DNA of 64,000 nucleotides from the NCBI GenBank assembly GCA_023213395.1, contig CM041465.1, positions 71,865,741-71,929,740 of the forward strand. The letters are read 5' to 3'. Below are positions 22,530 through 36,500 of this stretch, in pieces. The notes beneath the pieces were generated by a model. That model worked only from the letters and a program-made list of their open reading frames with translations. It searched no databases and was not told the origin of the DNA. Source of the DNA: Cycas panzhihuaensis (lineage: Eukaryota > Plantae > Cycadophyta). How positions within the stretch are numbered: the first letter of the stretch is position 1; each line of letters begins with the position of its first letter. A program made the position numbers and the translations under genes.

Positions 22530-25500
22530 ATGGCCTCTTCAAAAGATGCCCTTGGTGAAGCAAATAAGCTTACAGAAACAAATTTTAGCATCTAGAAAAT
22601 CAAAATAGGACTTCTAAGAGCCAAAATGCATGGAAAATCGTAATTGGAGAAGAAAAAAAACCCTCAGATATTGTTGCTGGGAAGAGAGGGACAATATAGC
22701 CATTACCATTCTCAAACTTTTAATCTATGACTCTCTTTTGTCCTATGTAGATGGTGTAGGTACTTTTACAAAAATCTAGGTGGTGGTAACTTCCTTGTTC
22801 AGTCAAAGGAATAAGGCTAGAATAATTGCTTTAAGAGACGATTTGTATAAACTTGGAATGAGAAAAAATCAGCCTATCTCTGATTTTGTTGCAAAAGTAA
22901 ATAATGTCAAGAACAACCATATTACAGCTGAAGACAAGATTACAGACACAAAAACTTGTTTATTTGATAGTAAATAAACTACCTAAATCATTTGATAACA
23001 TGGTCAATATGCTTAAAAGAGAAGGTCAAACTGCTAATATGACCTTTGAGGCTTTAACAGGACATATGTTGAACCAGAAGTAGAGGAATAAAAGATATGA
23101 AGAAGAAGTCGAAATTGAAGAAGTTTTTCTGTCAAAACTCAACTTGGGCAGCAAAGGACATGGGCAAATTACTTTCCGTGGATGTGGCAAAACACCTCCA
23201 GTAGAAAACAGAAATTGGTTAGGCTCCAAAGGCCATTGGTCAAAAGGAAAATACCAAGCAACATCAATTCCCCTAAGAGACTCCAAAGTTTGCTTCAACT
23301 GTGGAAGACTAGCTCATTTTTCAAGTAACTATCGTGAATTTGATGTATGTTATCACTGTGGACAGTTTGGATATTTTTCCTATCAATGCCCAAAAAGATG
23401 TGCAGAAATTCAGAGAGGGAAGCAAGTTGCAGGTCATTATAGCAAAGAACAACATATAGTGGAAGACAAAGTGGAAACAACCTTAATTATCACTCTTGTC
23501 GCCAATTCCAACATAATAGATGACTGGTATGTTAATTTAGGAGCATCCAATCATATGATAGGAAAAGAGAATGGCTTGAGACTTTGAACCCATATCCTTC
23601 TGATAGAACAATTGAGCTAGGCAACAATTATCCTCTTCACATTCAAGAAATTGGAATAATTGTTGTAGAAATTGAAGGAAAAATTCAAAGAATTAGTAAT
23701 GTTCCTTTTGTTCTTGGAATAAAAAAGAATTTGTTGTCTATGTCCCAGTTAAGAAATAAGAAATTGAGGACTATGTTTGATGAAAATAGACATTGCTTCA
23801 TTCTAAACATGAAAAGGAATGGTGTTGTAATTGTAGAAGGGATAGAAAGAAATAATCTCTATAAGTTGCTTTCTACACCTATTATGCTTGAAGGTGGTTC
23901 CATTATGTCTAGAACTAATGCAAACTCTCTCGTTGTTTCTAGTTGTAACGATAATGAAATCTGGCATTTGAAGTATGGGCATATCTCAAATGATAGGTTA
24001 GAATTGTTAGAAAGTTCTAACATGGTAGATGGACTTCCAAATGTGTCCTTCAATCCTTTTGTGTGTAAAAGTTGTATAATGGGAAAGTAGCACAAGACTC
24101 CATTTCAAAGAAGCATATGGCAAGCATAGAATAAATTAGAATTAGTCCCACATAGATCTCTATGGACCCATCACACCAAGTTCTTTAAATGGAGCTTGGC
24201 ATTTTCTTACCTTTATTGATGATTTTTCCAGAAGAACTTGGGTATATTTTTTGTTTAGTAAATCAAATATATTTGATCATTTTAAAGGATTCAAAGAAAA
24301 AGCTGAATTAGAAAGCAACAGTAAAATTAAATGCATTCGCTCTGATAGTGGAGGTGAATATATATCAAAAGAATTTCATTTCTTTTGCAAAACACATGGA
24401 ATTCGTAGACATGTGACTACACCTTACTACAATCAAATGGTGTAGCAGAATGAATGAATAGGACTATACTAGAAATGACTTGTCTAATTCAAGATAGACC
24501 ATTACTAAAGCATACTGGGCAAAAGCTATTAATACTACAATGTACCTAATAGATAGGAGTCCAACGCAAGCTTTGCATAAGATCACACTAGAAGAAGTGT
24601 GGACTGGATGAAAACTAGATGTAAGTAATCTCAAAGTTTTTGGTTGCAAGGCTTATGTTCATATTCCAAATAAAAAACGAACTAAGCTTGATAACAAAAG
24701 TATAGAATGCATAATGATAGGATATAGCAACAGGTCCAAGGCTTATAGATGTATAGATCCTAAAGCCAACAAGCTCTATATTAGCAGCGATGTAGTCTTT
24801 GATGAAAATCTTGAAAGAAATCAAAGGATATGCCAGGAGATAGAAACAACTTCGGAAACATCTATTGCCAAAACTATGCCAACCTCTATTAATGAAAATT
24901 CAAAAATCACTTCAAAAAATATTGAATCTGATAGTGAGTCATTTGAAGGAAAATCTCCACATAGCAGTCAAGTCAGTCCTTCTAACAAACAAAGTGTTCC
25001 AAGAGAAGAAGAGCAAAGGCTTACATCCAAAGAACATGTTAATAGGACTCCTCCAAAGAAGATACCAAAATGGTATCTCAAAACAATTGAGGAAACCAAA
25101 GGAAATGTTTTTTAGCACAAAACGAGGTCACAAAAACATCAAGCATTAGCCTGTCTTGTTGAACCTCAAGCATACGAAGAAGCAAGCCAACATTCTAAGT
25201 GGAAAACAATAATGGATGCCAAGATAGCTGCAATTGCAAAAAATGAAACCTAAGAGTTGGTTAAACCTTTGACAAACAAACCCATTGTTAATTGCAAATG
25301 GGTTTACAAGGTAAAAGAAAATTCTAATGGAGAAATTGAAAAATATAAAGCAAGATTAGTTGCTAAAGGGTACACTTAGACTGTTGAAATAGGCTATGAT
25401 GAAACATTCTCACCAGTAGCTAAACTGAACACCGTGAGAACTATAATTGTTTTAGCTGCTTAACAAAACTGGAAAATTTTTCAACTTGATGTGAAAAGTG

Positions 25501-26677
25501 CCTTCTTAAATGGAGACTTGAAAGAGGAAGTACACATGCATCAACTAGAAGGTTATGCAAAATCAAGATAAAAAAATCCTCTATGCAGGTTAAAGAAGGC
25601 CTTGTATGGGCTAAAACAAGCACCAAGGGCATGGTATGCAAAATTAGATAAATATCTTGTTCACAATAACTTCCATAGGTGTGAATCTTATCTAAGTTTG
25701 TATATAAAAATCAATAAGGATCTGTTTACTATAATACTGGTATATATAGATGATATGCTTCTCACAAGAAGCGATACATATTCCATCACATCTATAAAGA
25801 CTCAATTAAAAAAAGTCTTTGAAATGACTTAGGACTATTATATTATTATCTTGGAATTGAGGTAAACCAACTGAAAGATTCAATTATTTTATCTCAATCA
25901 AAGTACATTAGAAATCTATTGAGAAGATTTAACATGGAAAATTGTAATAGTTGTGCCACACCTATGGAAATAGGTTGTGTATTAAATCACGACACAGATG
26001 GTCAGCCAGTGAATGCAACTACATACAGACAACTAGTTGGAAGTCTAATATATCCTACTACTACAAGACCTGACATCTCCTATTCAGTTGGAGTAATTTC
26101 CAAATATATGTAAGAGCCCGAGATATCACATTGGAATGCAACAAAGAGAATACTCAAATATTTAAAAGGAACAATAAATTTGGGATTGAACTATGCAAAG
26201 ATCGATACAATACAGCTAACCAGTTATAGTGATTCAGATTGGGTAGGAGTTAAGACAGATAGGAAGTCTACAACAGGATATTGTTTCTCCATGGGTTTAG
26301 CAGTAATATCATGGAGTAGCAAAAAATAGTCAACAGTTGTACTATCTTCTACAAAAGTTGAATACAAGTTAGGAGTAAGTGCAACTTGTGAAGCCATCTG
26401 GATGAGACAATTACTAAAAGACCCGAATCAAGAACAACATATTCCTACCATTCTATTTTGTCACAATCAGAGCACAATTAAGATGACCAAAAATCCTATT
26501 TTTCATGCTAGAACAAAACATATAGAAGTTCATCATCATTTCATAAGAGAGAAGATTCAAAATAAGGAGAGAGAGCTACTGCATTGTATATCAGATGAGC
26601 AAATTGCTGACATATTTATAAAACGTCTAAGCAAGGACAAATTCCAATTCTTTAGAGACAAACTTGGAGTAAAATAG
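22530..26677 (+). pseudogene. gag-pol: Degenerate copia gag-pol (gag, two zinc knuckles, protease, integrase, RT, RNase H)
   Basis: CFNCGRLAH/CYHCGQFGY, WYVNLGASNHM, WHLKYGH...CKSC, IRSDSGGEY, YIDDML, RTKHIEV in copia order. Confidence 0.93.
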
Positions 26678-26696
26678 ATAAAGCATTAAGAGAGGG

Positions 26697-26897
26697 TGTT
26701 AAGGTTAATGTTTTATCTAATATTTTATCTAGGCTTATTGTAATATACAAGTGAGAGTTATGTGTTGTTCCCTCTTTATCAACCTATGATAAGTGGCATA
26801 CATGCATTCACCCTTGTCTAAGGCTTATGTAATTCACATTGTATTTATAGAGGTACTTCCCTCATTAATGATATGATCTTTCATTGAGAGTTTAACA
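26697..26897 (+). repeat. Copia 3' LTR (201 bp, includes a 12-bp internal duplication)
   Basis: About 90% identical to 21583-21772, with extra AATATTTTATCT. Confidence 0.92.
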
Positions 26898-26902
26898 TTT
26901 AT

Positions 26903-27205
26903 AAGGCTCTATGGCCCAAATCCTAGGCATCAATTGAGAGTTTTATACCTCCTATATTTTCGGCCTTAAGGGCAGTAGTTGAGAGGATTCTTTTGCCTCG
27001 AAGAGGAAGCTAGGGCAAATACTCAATATCCTATAAGTTTTGATACACTATATATACTATTTTCTCTTGATATTCTAGTCTGTTTAAGTTATAAAGCAAT
27101 AGATATAGTACTCTTTTGGATAAGTCACATAAAAATCTATAAGTTAGTCTGGTATATGGTAATCATTCGACCACTAAGGTGTGAATTCCCTTCAGAATTG
27201 CCATA
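26903..27205 (+). repeat. C0 3' LTR, right part
   Basis: AAGGCTCTATGGCCC...GAATTGCCATA matches 16540-16842. Confidence 0.85.
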
Positions 27206-29192
27206 ATCGTGGAATAGGGACCACACAAGAAAGGCCTTCTTGGGCTCTAATAGTGCATGCAACATACTCTCAAACCTCTACCTCCATGTCACTTCACTAT
27301 AATTAATACACAAAATCTGATTGAGTCTGACAAATATTCTATCATTGTTAGCAAGATTTTTGCATGCATGCAAGACAGAAAATCTATTAAAGGGATTTGA
27401 GAGGTTCCATGTCTAGTCCTACCGCCATTTATTACATTCCTCTATGGATAAGTTAGGGATTTAAGTCGTAGGACATTGATTCCATATTTCCTCAATAATG
27501 AACCTATCAAAATTTTTAAGATTGAATTCCTACCTAATCGTTGCCCATGATTTCGACCACCCCTTAATTTTATCAAATAAATAAGAAATAACCATCAGGC
27601 CCTTTTCACAAAGGCGCTTGGCCTCAAACCACAAAATTTGACCCAAGCATTGACTACCTCACCGCAATAGTGGAGACCGCCAAATGGAATGATTTTGAAA
27701 TAATAGCCCTTTAAGAGGCTCATCCCCTCCCCTTTGGCTCAGTAGTTTCTAATAATCCTCCCATGCCCCGTAAATTGTTTGCAACATAGAATAGCCTACA
27801 ACCTTGATTGGGATTAGCACGATTAATGCTTTGTGGGCACTTAAGCTAAACCTACTCATCCCACATGGCTTGGCCCAGGCTACATTATGTCTTACTAAGA
27901 TTTTCCAAGCCTCTTCTCCTTCAACCACTTCCACCAACCATTTGACATAGAGGACTCTTCCTTAAGGATTGATATCAATGAGACCTAACTTGCAATTTTC
28001 CTTAGGCTTGCAACAAATCTACCAGTTGACTTTGTTGAACCCCTTGTTGCCCTTAAAATTGGACCAACGAAAGGATCCAAGGATTTTCACAAGCTTGTCA
28101 TATTGTTACATTGGATGGCACCCAACATGATGAATAGTATGCACAGGTTGTGGCCAAAATTTTGGAGCAAATTTGAAACTTGCCTACTAAGGAGAAAATT
28201 TTAGAAGACCATGTATTAAGTTTCCTTTCAACTCTATCTATCACATATTCCTACATTTCAACGAGTGAAGCTCCAAAACCAAAGGGGATTCCTAGTAACT
28301 TGAAATTTTCCCTAGTTTGGATCCACTTCCAACTATATTGATTAAGCCAATCTAGTATGTCCTTCGGGGACTATATATAGCATGCAATCTTTTCCCACTA
28401 GATTTTGGACCTAGAGGTTGAACAAAAGATATTAACTTCCAAATCTTGGGTAATACTTTTTGGCTCTGCTTTGATGGTCAAGAATGAGTCATCTGCAAAA
28501 TGCCCGTTAACCATTTGTTTGTCAAAATCCGAGAGACTAAGGCCCTTGAGATAGCTGAGCTGACTTTATCATGCAACAAGTACCCAAGCATATTCGCTAG
28601 TAAACATAGAGAGAGGAGGCTAGAGAGCAACCATGTCTTATGGATCCTTCTAAATGAATTAGAAATGTGAGCACAAACATATGTGAACAAGATTTACACA
28701 ATTCTTAGAAATGTACCTCTAAAGCCAAGAGCACCAAGTATACTAACAATGAAGCCCCATTCTACCTTGTCATACACCACCTCAAAATCAAGTTTTATAA
28801 AGAGAGTGTCTTGACTAGAAAGTCTTGCCCATTCCACTCCTTCAACAACACCTACAATATTATCCAAGATAAACTAGCCTTTGATGAAACATGTCTATTT
28901 TGGACACACAATGATAGGAAGCATGGGCCTAAGCCTTAAGGCAAGGACCTTTGCTAATAATTTATGTAACACATTCAAAAGGGTAATCGACCTCTAGCTC
29001 CTAATAAGCTTTGGGTTACCCCATTTGGGTATTAACTTGATGGAGCCTTGGTTCATGATAGCACCCAGGGAACTAGTGGCTAACGCCTCTTGATAGACTT
29101 CTAACAATATTGGGCTAGTACAATCCTAGGTAGCCTTATAGAATTCACAAGGAAAACCATCAAGTCCTGGTGATTTTTCATTAGCCATATTA
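27206..29192 (-). mobile_element. L1-type LINE ORF2 (RT) remnant, 5'-truncated
   Basis: Minus strand: KSPGLDGFPCEFYK, RSITLLNVLHKLLAKVLALRL, KLDFEVVYDKVEW, FADDS, KLLGIPF; heavily disrupted. Confidence 0.88.
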
Positions 29193-29603
29193 ATTTTATG
29201 AGTTTTTAATAAGCACATTTCTTACCATCTAGTGAACTTTTATGTCAATTTGATCTTGATTTTTACTTTATGCAAATAATGGTCATCGTATGTCTATTTT
29301 GATGACTATTAGCTCTTACAATTAAAACTAGACATTGTAAGGGGCCAAATGATAAATAGGTCTACACAAAGACTTAAATCAATTTTCAAGTCTATCAAAA
29401 CAATTTACTAATGAAATTAAAAGATCAAACATTTGTGAAGGCCTGAAAATATATGGGCAGATTTAGAAATTGTGCATGCATAATCCTACTTCAAATTGAA
29501 AAACAACATCATGCCACTCTCCAAGGGCGTCATATAAACTGAATCAGTCCCTTAGAGCCAAAGAAAATTACATAAAGTTTTAGTTTGAAGAAGGATAAAA
29601 CTG

Positions 29604-29940
29604 TGTGTGTCGCGTTATCTCTACCTTCAATTTCCACACATTACACAGATAAAGCCAGCACAACATGGAATTACATGAATTAAGAATGCACACTAGAGTC
29701 TTTATTATTCATAAAGGGCATTGCATCTAGCCCTCTCACAACCAAACATAAGCTGAACAATATAGCTAGCTATTACGAGATACAGCTTAAGCCATTACAA
29801 CAAAAGATACAAAGATAAATCCTAACTATGAGATAATACATCACACACATTAGACTTACTTTATACAAAGTATATCATAATTCATTACATCAACAACTTA
29901 ACTACTTGGATCTCTTAACAGCTTTATTATGTAGTGTTTA
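29604..29940 (-). repeat. Element B 3' LTR, distal part
   Basis: Joined to 41187-41483 by the C1 TSD GTTTA; terminal inverted similarity TGTGTG(T)CGCG / CGCGCACACA. Confidence 0.55.
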
Positions 29941-30413
29941 TGAAGCAACCCTGTCTTAAGTCTGGCCGACTCCTATACAAGGTTGTGGCCAACTTTTAAT
30001 TGTAGTTTTGAGTGCATCTTTTATCTCTCTGACCGACTTCTATTACTACAATTGGTGTGCCTATAAATAAGGACCCTTGGGGGTCATTTGATCATCATTA
30101 TGTGCAAGTTTTCCTCTCCAATTTTGGCCTTTGGAAAGTGCAAAATTTCAGCCTTAGGATTGCATTTTCTGAGGAGGATCTCCGCCTCGAAGGGCTCGGC
30201 CAACTTTACAGGTGTATTAGTACCTTTTTTATCATCTATTTGTATTTTGATCGCAATTTGATCTTAATTTCAGCCGTTGTACTTTGATTTATATTTGTTA
30301 TACATTTGATCTGGATATTTTCATATAAGGAAATTGCTATTTGAGTTATGTTTTCTATAAGATTGGCTACGTTTTGCTCCATTTTGTATCATTTTGGGGA
30401 AAGAATTGCTACA
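29941..30413 (+). repeat. C1 5' LTR (473 bp)
   Basis: TGAAGCAA...TTGCTACA terminal inverted repeat. Confidence 0.88.
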
Positions 30414-30547
30414 AGTAATATCAGAGCTTCATTTCGAAGTGGAAATTTTCATGGAATTTTTTCCAAAGGGAAGGAAATTTTGACCCACCCTACCACATGA
30501 GAAAGACAAAAAAAAACGAAACATAACTGAGATCCAGGAATATCAGA

Positions 30548-31291
30548 ATGTCGAGATCCCAAGAGTCTGAGGAACAACTCGCATAAAAAATGACAACAGT
30601 CATGCAAGAATTGATACAATAGATCAAAAACCTCAACGGAAGATTAGAAAGACAAGAAATAATCCAGCCGAAAGTAGAACAAAGCCAGGATTCAGATCAA
30701 GATATAGACTAAGGAAATCAGAAAGGTAGATTCAAAAAAGGATTTATTTTTCAACAAAGAAACATGAGACCACAAGGAATCCCCACGAACACAAAGATCG
30801 CATTGGAGAAATTTGATCCTGAAAAAACACGGGACATAAGAGCTTGGCTACTTCAGATGGAAACCTACTTTGCAGTTAACCAAACACCAGAGATAGAAAT
30901 GGTTCCTATTACCTCCTTACACCTATATAGATGAGCCCTAAATTAGTATGATTGGTGGAAAAAGATGATAGGATCGCAACAACAGGAATGGAGAAACTTT
31001 AGAGCAGCAATTATCAATCAATACGAAGATTCATGGGTCATGGATTACTTCACTCAACTAATAAGATTGCAGCAAACAGGGTCAGTTAGAGAATATACGA
31101 ACAATTCTAGATGCAACAATGCATGATCACATCAAATATCCCTCAAGAATATCTCGGGGAAACATACATAAGTGGTCTCAAGGCGCCGATAAGATTCAGT
31201 GTGCTAGCACAACAACATGGAGCACTGGAAGAAATTATAAAACATGCCAGGTGCGTTGAAGCTGAACTCAAAGAAACCCGACCAACTTTTG
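30548..31291 (+). pseudogene. gag: C1 gag, N-terminal part
   Basis: KIALEKFDP...WLLQMENYF...LQQTGSVREY...YISGLK; interrupted by C2. Confidence 0.85.
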
Positions 31292-31826
31292 TGTAGCGGA
31301 AACTTTTAACTTAATTCTGAATTAACACAAAAATTCACAGATACTAGTCTAACATAGGCTCAAACAAATCCCCTCAATCTCAAATAATAATGAATATTGG
31401 AAAATCACCATAAACACCAAAATAAAGTAATGGAAATAGTACAAATAAAGGTAAATATATTGTCCAAACATAATACTGGAGTAAATATACAACAGAATAT
31501 CCTTACTGAATGCTTGCCCTTCGAGGCTAGAATCCTCCAAATATCTCAGGCCAAAAGGCCGAGCCAACTGCAGCCTTAGAGCCAAAAATGTGGAAGAGAT
31601 CCAACCGAAGCGATGATCCAAAATGAGGGCTTTGATCCCTATTTATAATGGTCAATTATTATCCTGCTTGAAGTCGGCCAGAATTAGGACAGTTCATTGG
31701 GAGTAAACCATTAATGAAGTTGGCCAGAAGACTAGCTTATTGGTTGGCTAATATTCCTGTGCTCATTTCTAGGGGTTTAAGTCAGCTGATAGGCCCCTAA
31801 AGAGAGGGTTTTCCTAGAACGCAACA
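31292..31826 (-). repeat. C2 3' LTR (535 bp)
   Basis: Direct repeat of 36501-37041; adjacent to the PPT. Confidence 0.93.
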
Positions 31827-31861
31827 AGTCCCCCCCCCCCTCCTAAAAAAATGTTTTGCCC

Positions 31862-34800
31862 TCAATGCATTGGTAGCTTTGGAAATTGTCGTATCCACTC
31901 GTTTGACTCCCATGTCGTGTCTTCTGTATCCAATGTCCACCATTTTAGGAGGTACTCTTTGACTTGTCTTGTTCGAAGTTGGTTGGTGAGAATTTGGAGT
32001 ATCCCTTCTGGTTCTAGTATAATCTTTCCTTTTCATTGAGTTTTGGCAAGGATGTCTATGGTACTATTTTGTCGCCAATCTTTTTCTTCAAGCATGAAAC
32101 ATCAAAAGTATCATGGATCTTGCTTGTTGTCGGTAACTTACGTTTGTAGGCTACTTCGCTGATTCTATCAAGTATTTGATATGGTCCAAAATATCGAGGA
32201 GCGAGCTTTTATGTCTTCGTCTTGCTCAATGACATTTGTTTGTATGGTAGTAACTGGAGGAAAACCCAATCGTCTTTCCAGAAGTTCCTTTCCGATCGTT
32301 GCGCATCCGCTTGCTGCTTTATTCTATTCCTTGCCATCGCCAAATTATCCTTAAGAATTCTAACCATGTCTTTCATTTCCTTTTGGTGTTCTTGGACAAC
32401 TTGAACCTGGGCTGATCCATTCCATGTCAATAGAGACGGCGGTTGGTATCCGTAAAGAGCCCAGAATGGTGTCATCTTGGTGGAAGAGTGGTATGTTGTA
32501 TTATACCACCACTTGGCTAAGTGCAACCATTTGTGCCACCGGTTTTGTTTATTTGAGCAGAAATTCCTCAAGTAACCTTCCAGACATTTGTTGACTATCT
32601 CTATTTGTCCATCCGTTTGGAGATGATATGCTGTGCTTATGTGCAATTTTGTACCTGCAATTCTGAATAAATCCTTCCAAAATTTACTGGTGAACTTTGG
32701 GTCCCTATCACTAACAATAGTTTTAGGAAACCCGTGTAGTCTATGAGTTTATTTCATATATAGTTCTGCAACGTCACTTGCCTTTGTTGTTGACTGTAGC
32801 CCTCGAAAATGACTATACTTTGTTAATCTATCGACTATGACAAAGATCGCATCTTTACCTTCTGATTTTGGGAGACCTGTAATAAAATCCATTGAAATTT
32901 CTTCCTATTTTTTGTTGGGAATTAGTAGGGGTTGTAGGAGACCTGGGGTCTTTACACATTCTACCTTGTTTCGTTGACAAGTATCACATTCTATCATGAA
33001 TTTTTGAACATCTGATTTCAAGCTCTTCCAAAAGTACGATGTTTTTATCTTCTGATATGTCTTGTCTATACCAATGTGGCTTGCTTCTGGGACTGAATGT
33101 GCTTCTTGCAATATAATTCCCTTTAATTTGGAATTTTTGGAAATACAGATTTTGCCGTTCCTAAGAATCAGATCGCCCCTTTGTTGTTATTTATCTGAAT
33201 TGCTTCCCTTAATGTTATCTAGGAGTTTTTGGTATCTTGGATCTGCCATATATTCAGTTCTGATGGATTTTAGCCATGAGGGCATAATTGTTGATATCAA
33301 CTATAATGAAGGACCTTCCTTTGTTTCATCTGGGAATCATGATAATGCATCTGCAATAATATTCTCTTTGGCTTTCTTGTATACTATCGTGAAGTCAAAA
33401 TTCTGCAACTTACTGACCCATTTTTGTTGCTGATCAGAAAAAGTTTTCTGTCTAAGGAAGTATTTTAGACTATCATGATCTGTGCGTACCTGAAAGGAAT
33501 TTTCCAGTAGATATTGTCGCCATTGCTGAATGGCGTGCATGATTGCGACCATCTCCTTATCATAAATTGGTTTTGAGTTTTTCTCTATTATTCAACTTTC
33601 GACTCTCATAAGATATTGGTCTTTCATCTTGGAGTAAGACTGCTCCTATTCCAAATCCCGATGCATCACACTCTAGTACAAACGATTTCAAAAAATCAAG
33701 TGTTGCTAAGACTAGAGTTGTTACCATGGCCTTCTTAAGATTACCAAAAGCTTCTTCTGCTTTTAGGTTCCAAGCAAACGTGTCTTTCTTTGTTAAATCT
33801 GTGAGTGGAGTTGCTAGGTGTGCATAACCCTTTATGAACTTCCTAACAAACCTTGTTGTCCCCAAGAATCCTCGTACTGCTGTAACATTTGTTGGTGTTG
33901 GCCAATTGACAATTGCTTGTATCTTCTTTGGGTTAATCCTTATGCCCTCTCTAGTTATGATGTGGCCTAAGTATTCTAGTTCTTCCTTTGTAAACGAACA
34001 TTTCTTCTTGTTAGCAAAGAATTGATTACTGCGCAAAATTTCGAAAACGACTTTCACATGTTCTAGATGCTCTTCCCATGTCTTACTGTAGATTGAGATA
34101 TCATCGAAGAAAATTAACACAAATTTGCATAACACTTGCTTGAAGGTATCGTTCATGGTACTCTGAAATGTTGTCGACGCGTTCATTAATCCAAATGGCA
34201 TTACACTAAATTTGAATAGGCCTTCATGTGTTCTAAACGCTGTCTTGTAGACGTCTTCTTCCCTTCTCTAGATTTGATGATATCCCCAACGTAAATCAAT
34301 TTTTGAAAAGTACTTTGCTCCATGAATTTCGTCCAATAGATCGTCAATGTGGGGGATCGGGTACCTATTCTTGACTGTTAATTGATTGAGACCTCGGTAG
34401 TCCACACACATTCTATATAAACCATCCTTCTTTGGACTGATAACAACTGGGGTTGCGAATGGGCTTGTGCTAGTGGTAATGCCCCCTTGGGATAGTAGTT
34501 CGCTTGTGATTTTCTCGATCTCTTTCCGTAAATGATGCAGATGTCTATATGGTCAAATGTTGACTGGCGTTGCACCTAGTATAAGTTCAATTGCATGCTA
34601 ATTTTCGCGAAGAGGCGGTAGTCCTTTCAGTTCATCGAACACTGTCTTGTATTCTTCTATAATTTGTTGAATCTTTGGTGTAATATCCTCAATTTCGACC
34701 TTATAGCATGTCATAATGTATACTGATGGTTTTTTCTGAGGAGCTTCTCCATTCAGTGTGATGAGACCAGCTGTACTGGTGGCGTTGCTAGTGCCTGTAA

Positions 34801-36281
34801 TCGGTACTTATGTCCTCCTTGGCGAAAGCACATAAATCTGGTCATATAATTAGTGACTATATTACCAAGAGTTTGAAGCCACTGGATTCCCAATACTGCA
34901 TCCACGCCACTGATTTGCATTGCGAACATGCATGTGTTTGTGCAATATTTGCCCATTTGTAAATTGATTTTTTTGCAAAAACCTCCACACGATGTTGTTT
35001 TCCCATTTGCAATTGACACTTGGAATGTATTTATTGGTTCTATTTTAATTCCAATCTTCTTTGTGGTTGCCCTATTTATACAGTTATGTGTACTACCACT
35101 ATTGACTAGAATTGCGATCGACGCCCCTTTTATCATCCCTTGGAACCGAAGTGTTTGTGGCGTAACACTTTGTCTTGTAATTGCTTGAAGTGATATGTAT
35201 ATATTTTCTGTATCTAGATGCAATAGTTCATCTACTTCATCTTCCTTTGGCTTTTTTTTGACTTCTTCATGAATTTCCTTGGGTGCTTCTTCTTCCTCCG
35301 ATATTGTCGTATCTTCGGTATTAATCATATATACCTTCTTGCCGGTGCATTGATATTTGCAATTCCACTTCGCACCACATTTGAAACAAGTTCCTTTCTT
35401 CATGTGTTCTTCCTTTGTTGTTGTCTCTTGATTATCTCTAATTGCTAATGAAGCCTCAACTTTAGTTCCTGACCTGTTCCAATTTGGGTTAAATCCTTGT
35501 GAGTTTTATGTTCTACGTGTGAATGTAGTTCTAGTTTCCCGCAATTCTGCTTCCACGCATCTTGTTGTTTTGATTGTTGAATCTAATGTTGGTACCTCCA
35601 TTGCTTTTAGACGATATCTTATTGGAGGTTTCAATCCGCTAATGTATGTTTCAAAAGGAGTTCTGGTGGCACTGTTAATAGAATTAGACATTGTAACACT
35701 TGAAACTGTTCAGTAAACTCTTGGACTGAGCTTGTTTGCTATAATCTTGTCAACTGGGCAAAATAGTTCGTGCTCCATGAGTCTTCATATTGGGTTATGA
35801 GCCCATGCTTCATGTTGTGCCAGCTTTCTGCCTATTTCCCACTTGTTCGAAGCCACCATGAATACCATTTCAAGGCTCAACCGTACAAATGTAATGATGC
35901 CAAGGATACTTGCTCGTGTTTTGGTATCGCGTAGACTAAGAAATAGGTTTCCATCTGTAAAATTCATCCTCTTATATCCCTTGATTTATCGGGGTCAAAC
36001 TTCTCTAAGGTGATCTTTGCCACTGTTGCCCCTTCATTACTCTTGTAGGTTCTTCTTTGATATTCTCCTCCTATTTTAAATCTTCCTTCGAAATTACTTG
36101 TATTTCCTTGTTCTATTTCCTTTTCTTGTTTGGCCCATATTGGTTCTGCTTGTGGTTTGTCCAATTTTATGTTGATTTTGTGTATGCAGTCTGTGAGGCC
36201 TCCTAACAAAGCAAGGATTTCCTTTCCTACTTCGTTTGTGGTGATCTGTTCCTGACTGGATTGGCCTTGGGCGGTTGACAT
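31862..36281 (-). pseudogene. gag-pol: Degenerate gag-pol with chromodomain (C2)
   Basis: ORFs 35964-36281, 34753-35403, 33560-34201, 33337-33552, 32905-33111 and 32209-32646; chromodomain EYLLKWWTLDTEDTTWE. Confidence 0.92.
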
Positions 36282-36500
36282 CTTCTTCTGTTATATAATC
36301 TTATTAGAGTGTAACTCTGTTTGGGCTCCTCTCAAAATCCACGGGCAGGAGGGTGGGGAAAATATTTCACTTCCTTCTTGCAAAAAATGTCACCCTCCTG
36401 ATGGCTATTAGGCTGTATTGATCCCCTCTAAAAAAATTTTGACTATATTCTCAGAAGACACTTTTTCACAAGATAGCTTCAACGAAGCTCTGATACCACT

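Larger units (their letters stand above)
21583..26897 (+). mobile_element. Full-length Ty1/copia element (5.3 kb), degenerate
   Basis: LTRs 21583-21772 and 26697-26897; perfect TSD TTTAT (21578-21582 / 26898-26902); PBS TGGCATCAGAGC; PPT AAGAGAGGG. Confidence 0.95.
16373..27205 (+). mobile_element. Chromovirus (Reina-like) Ty3/gypsy element C0, full length, with a nested copia in its 3' LTR
   Basis: Two homologous LTRs, iMet PBS 16845-16856, PPT 21404-21414, gag-PR-RT-RH-INT-chromodomain; target duplication ATCGT / AT-GT (one-base indel). Confidence 0.9.

Noticed and set aside
29930-29940. Alternative C1 LTR start at TGTAG (29930)
   Set aside because: A start at 29941 gives a perfect GTTTA TSD and a better terminal inverted repeat.
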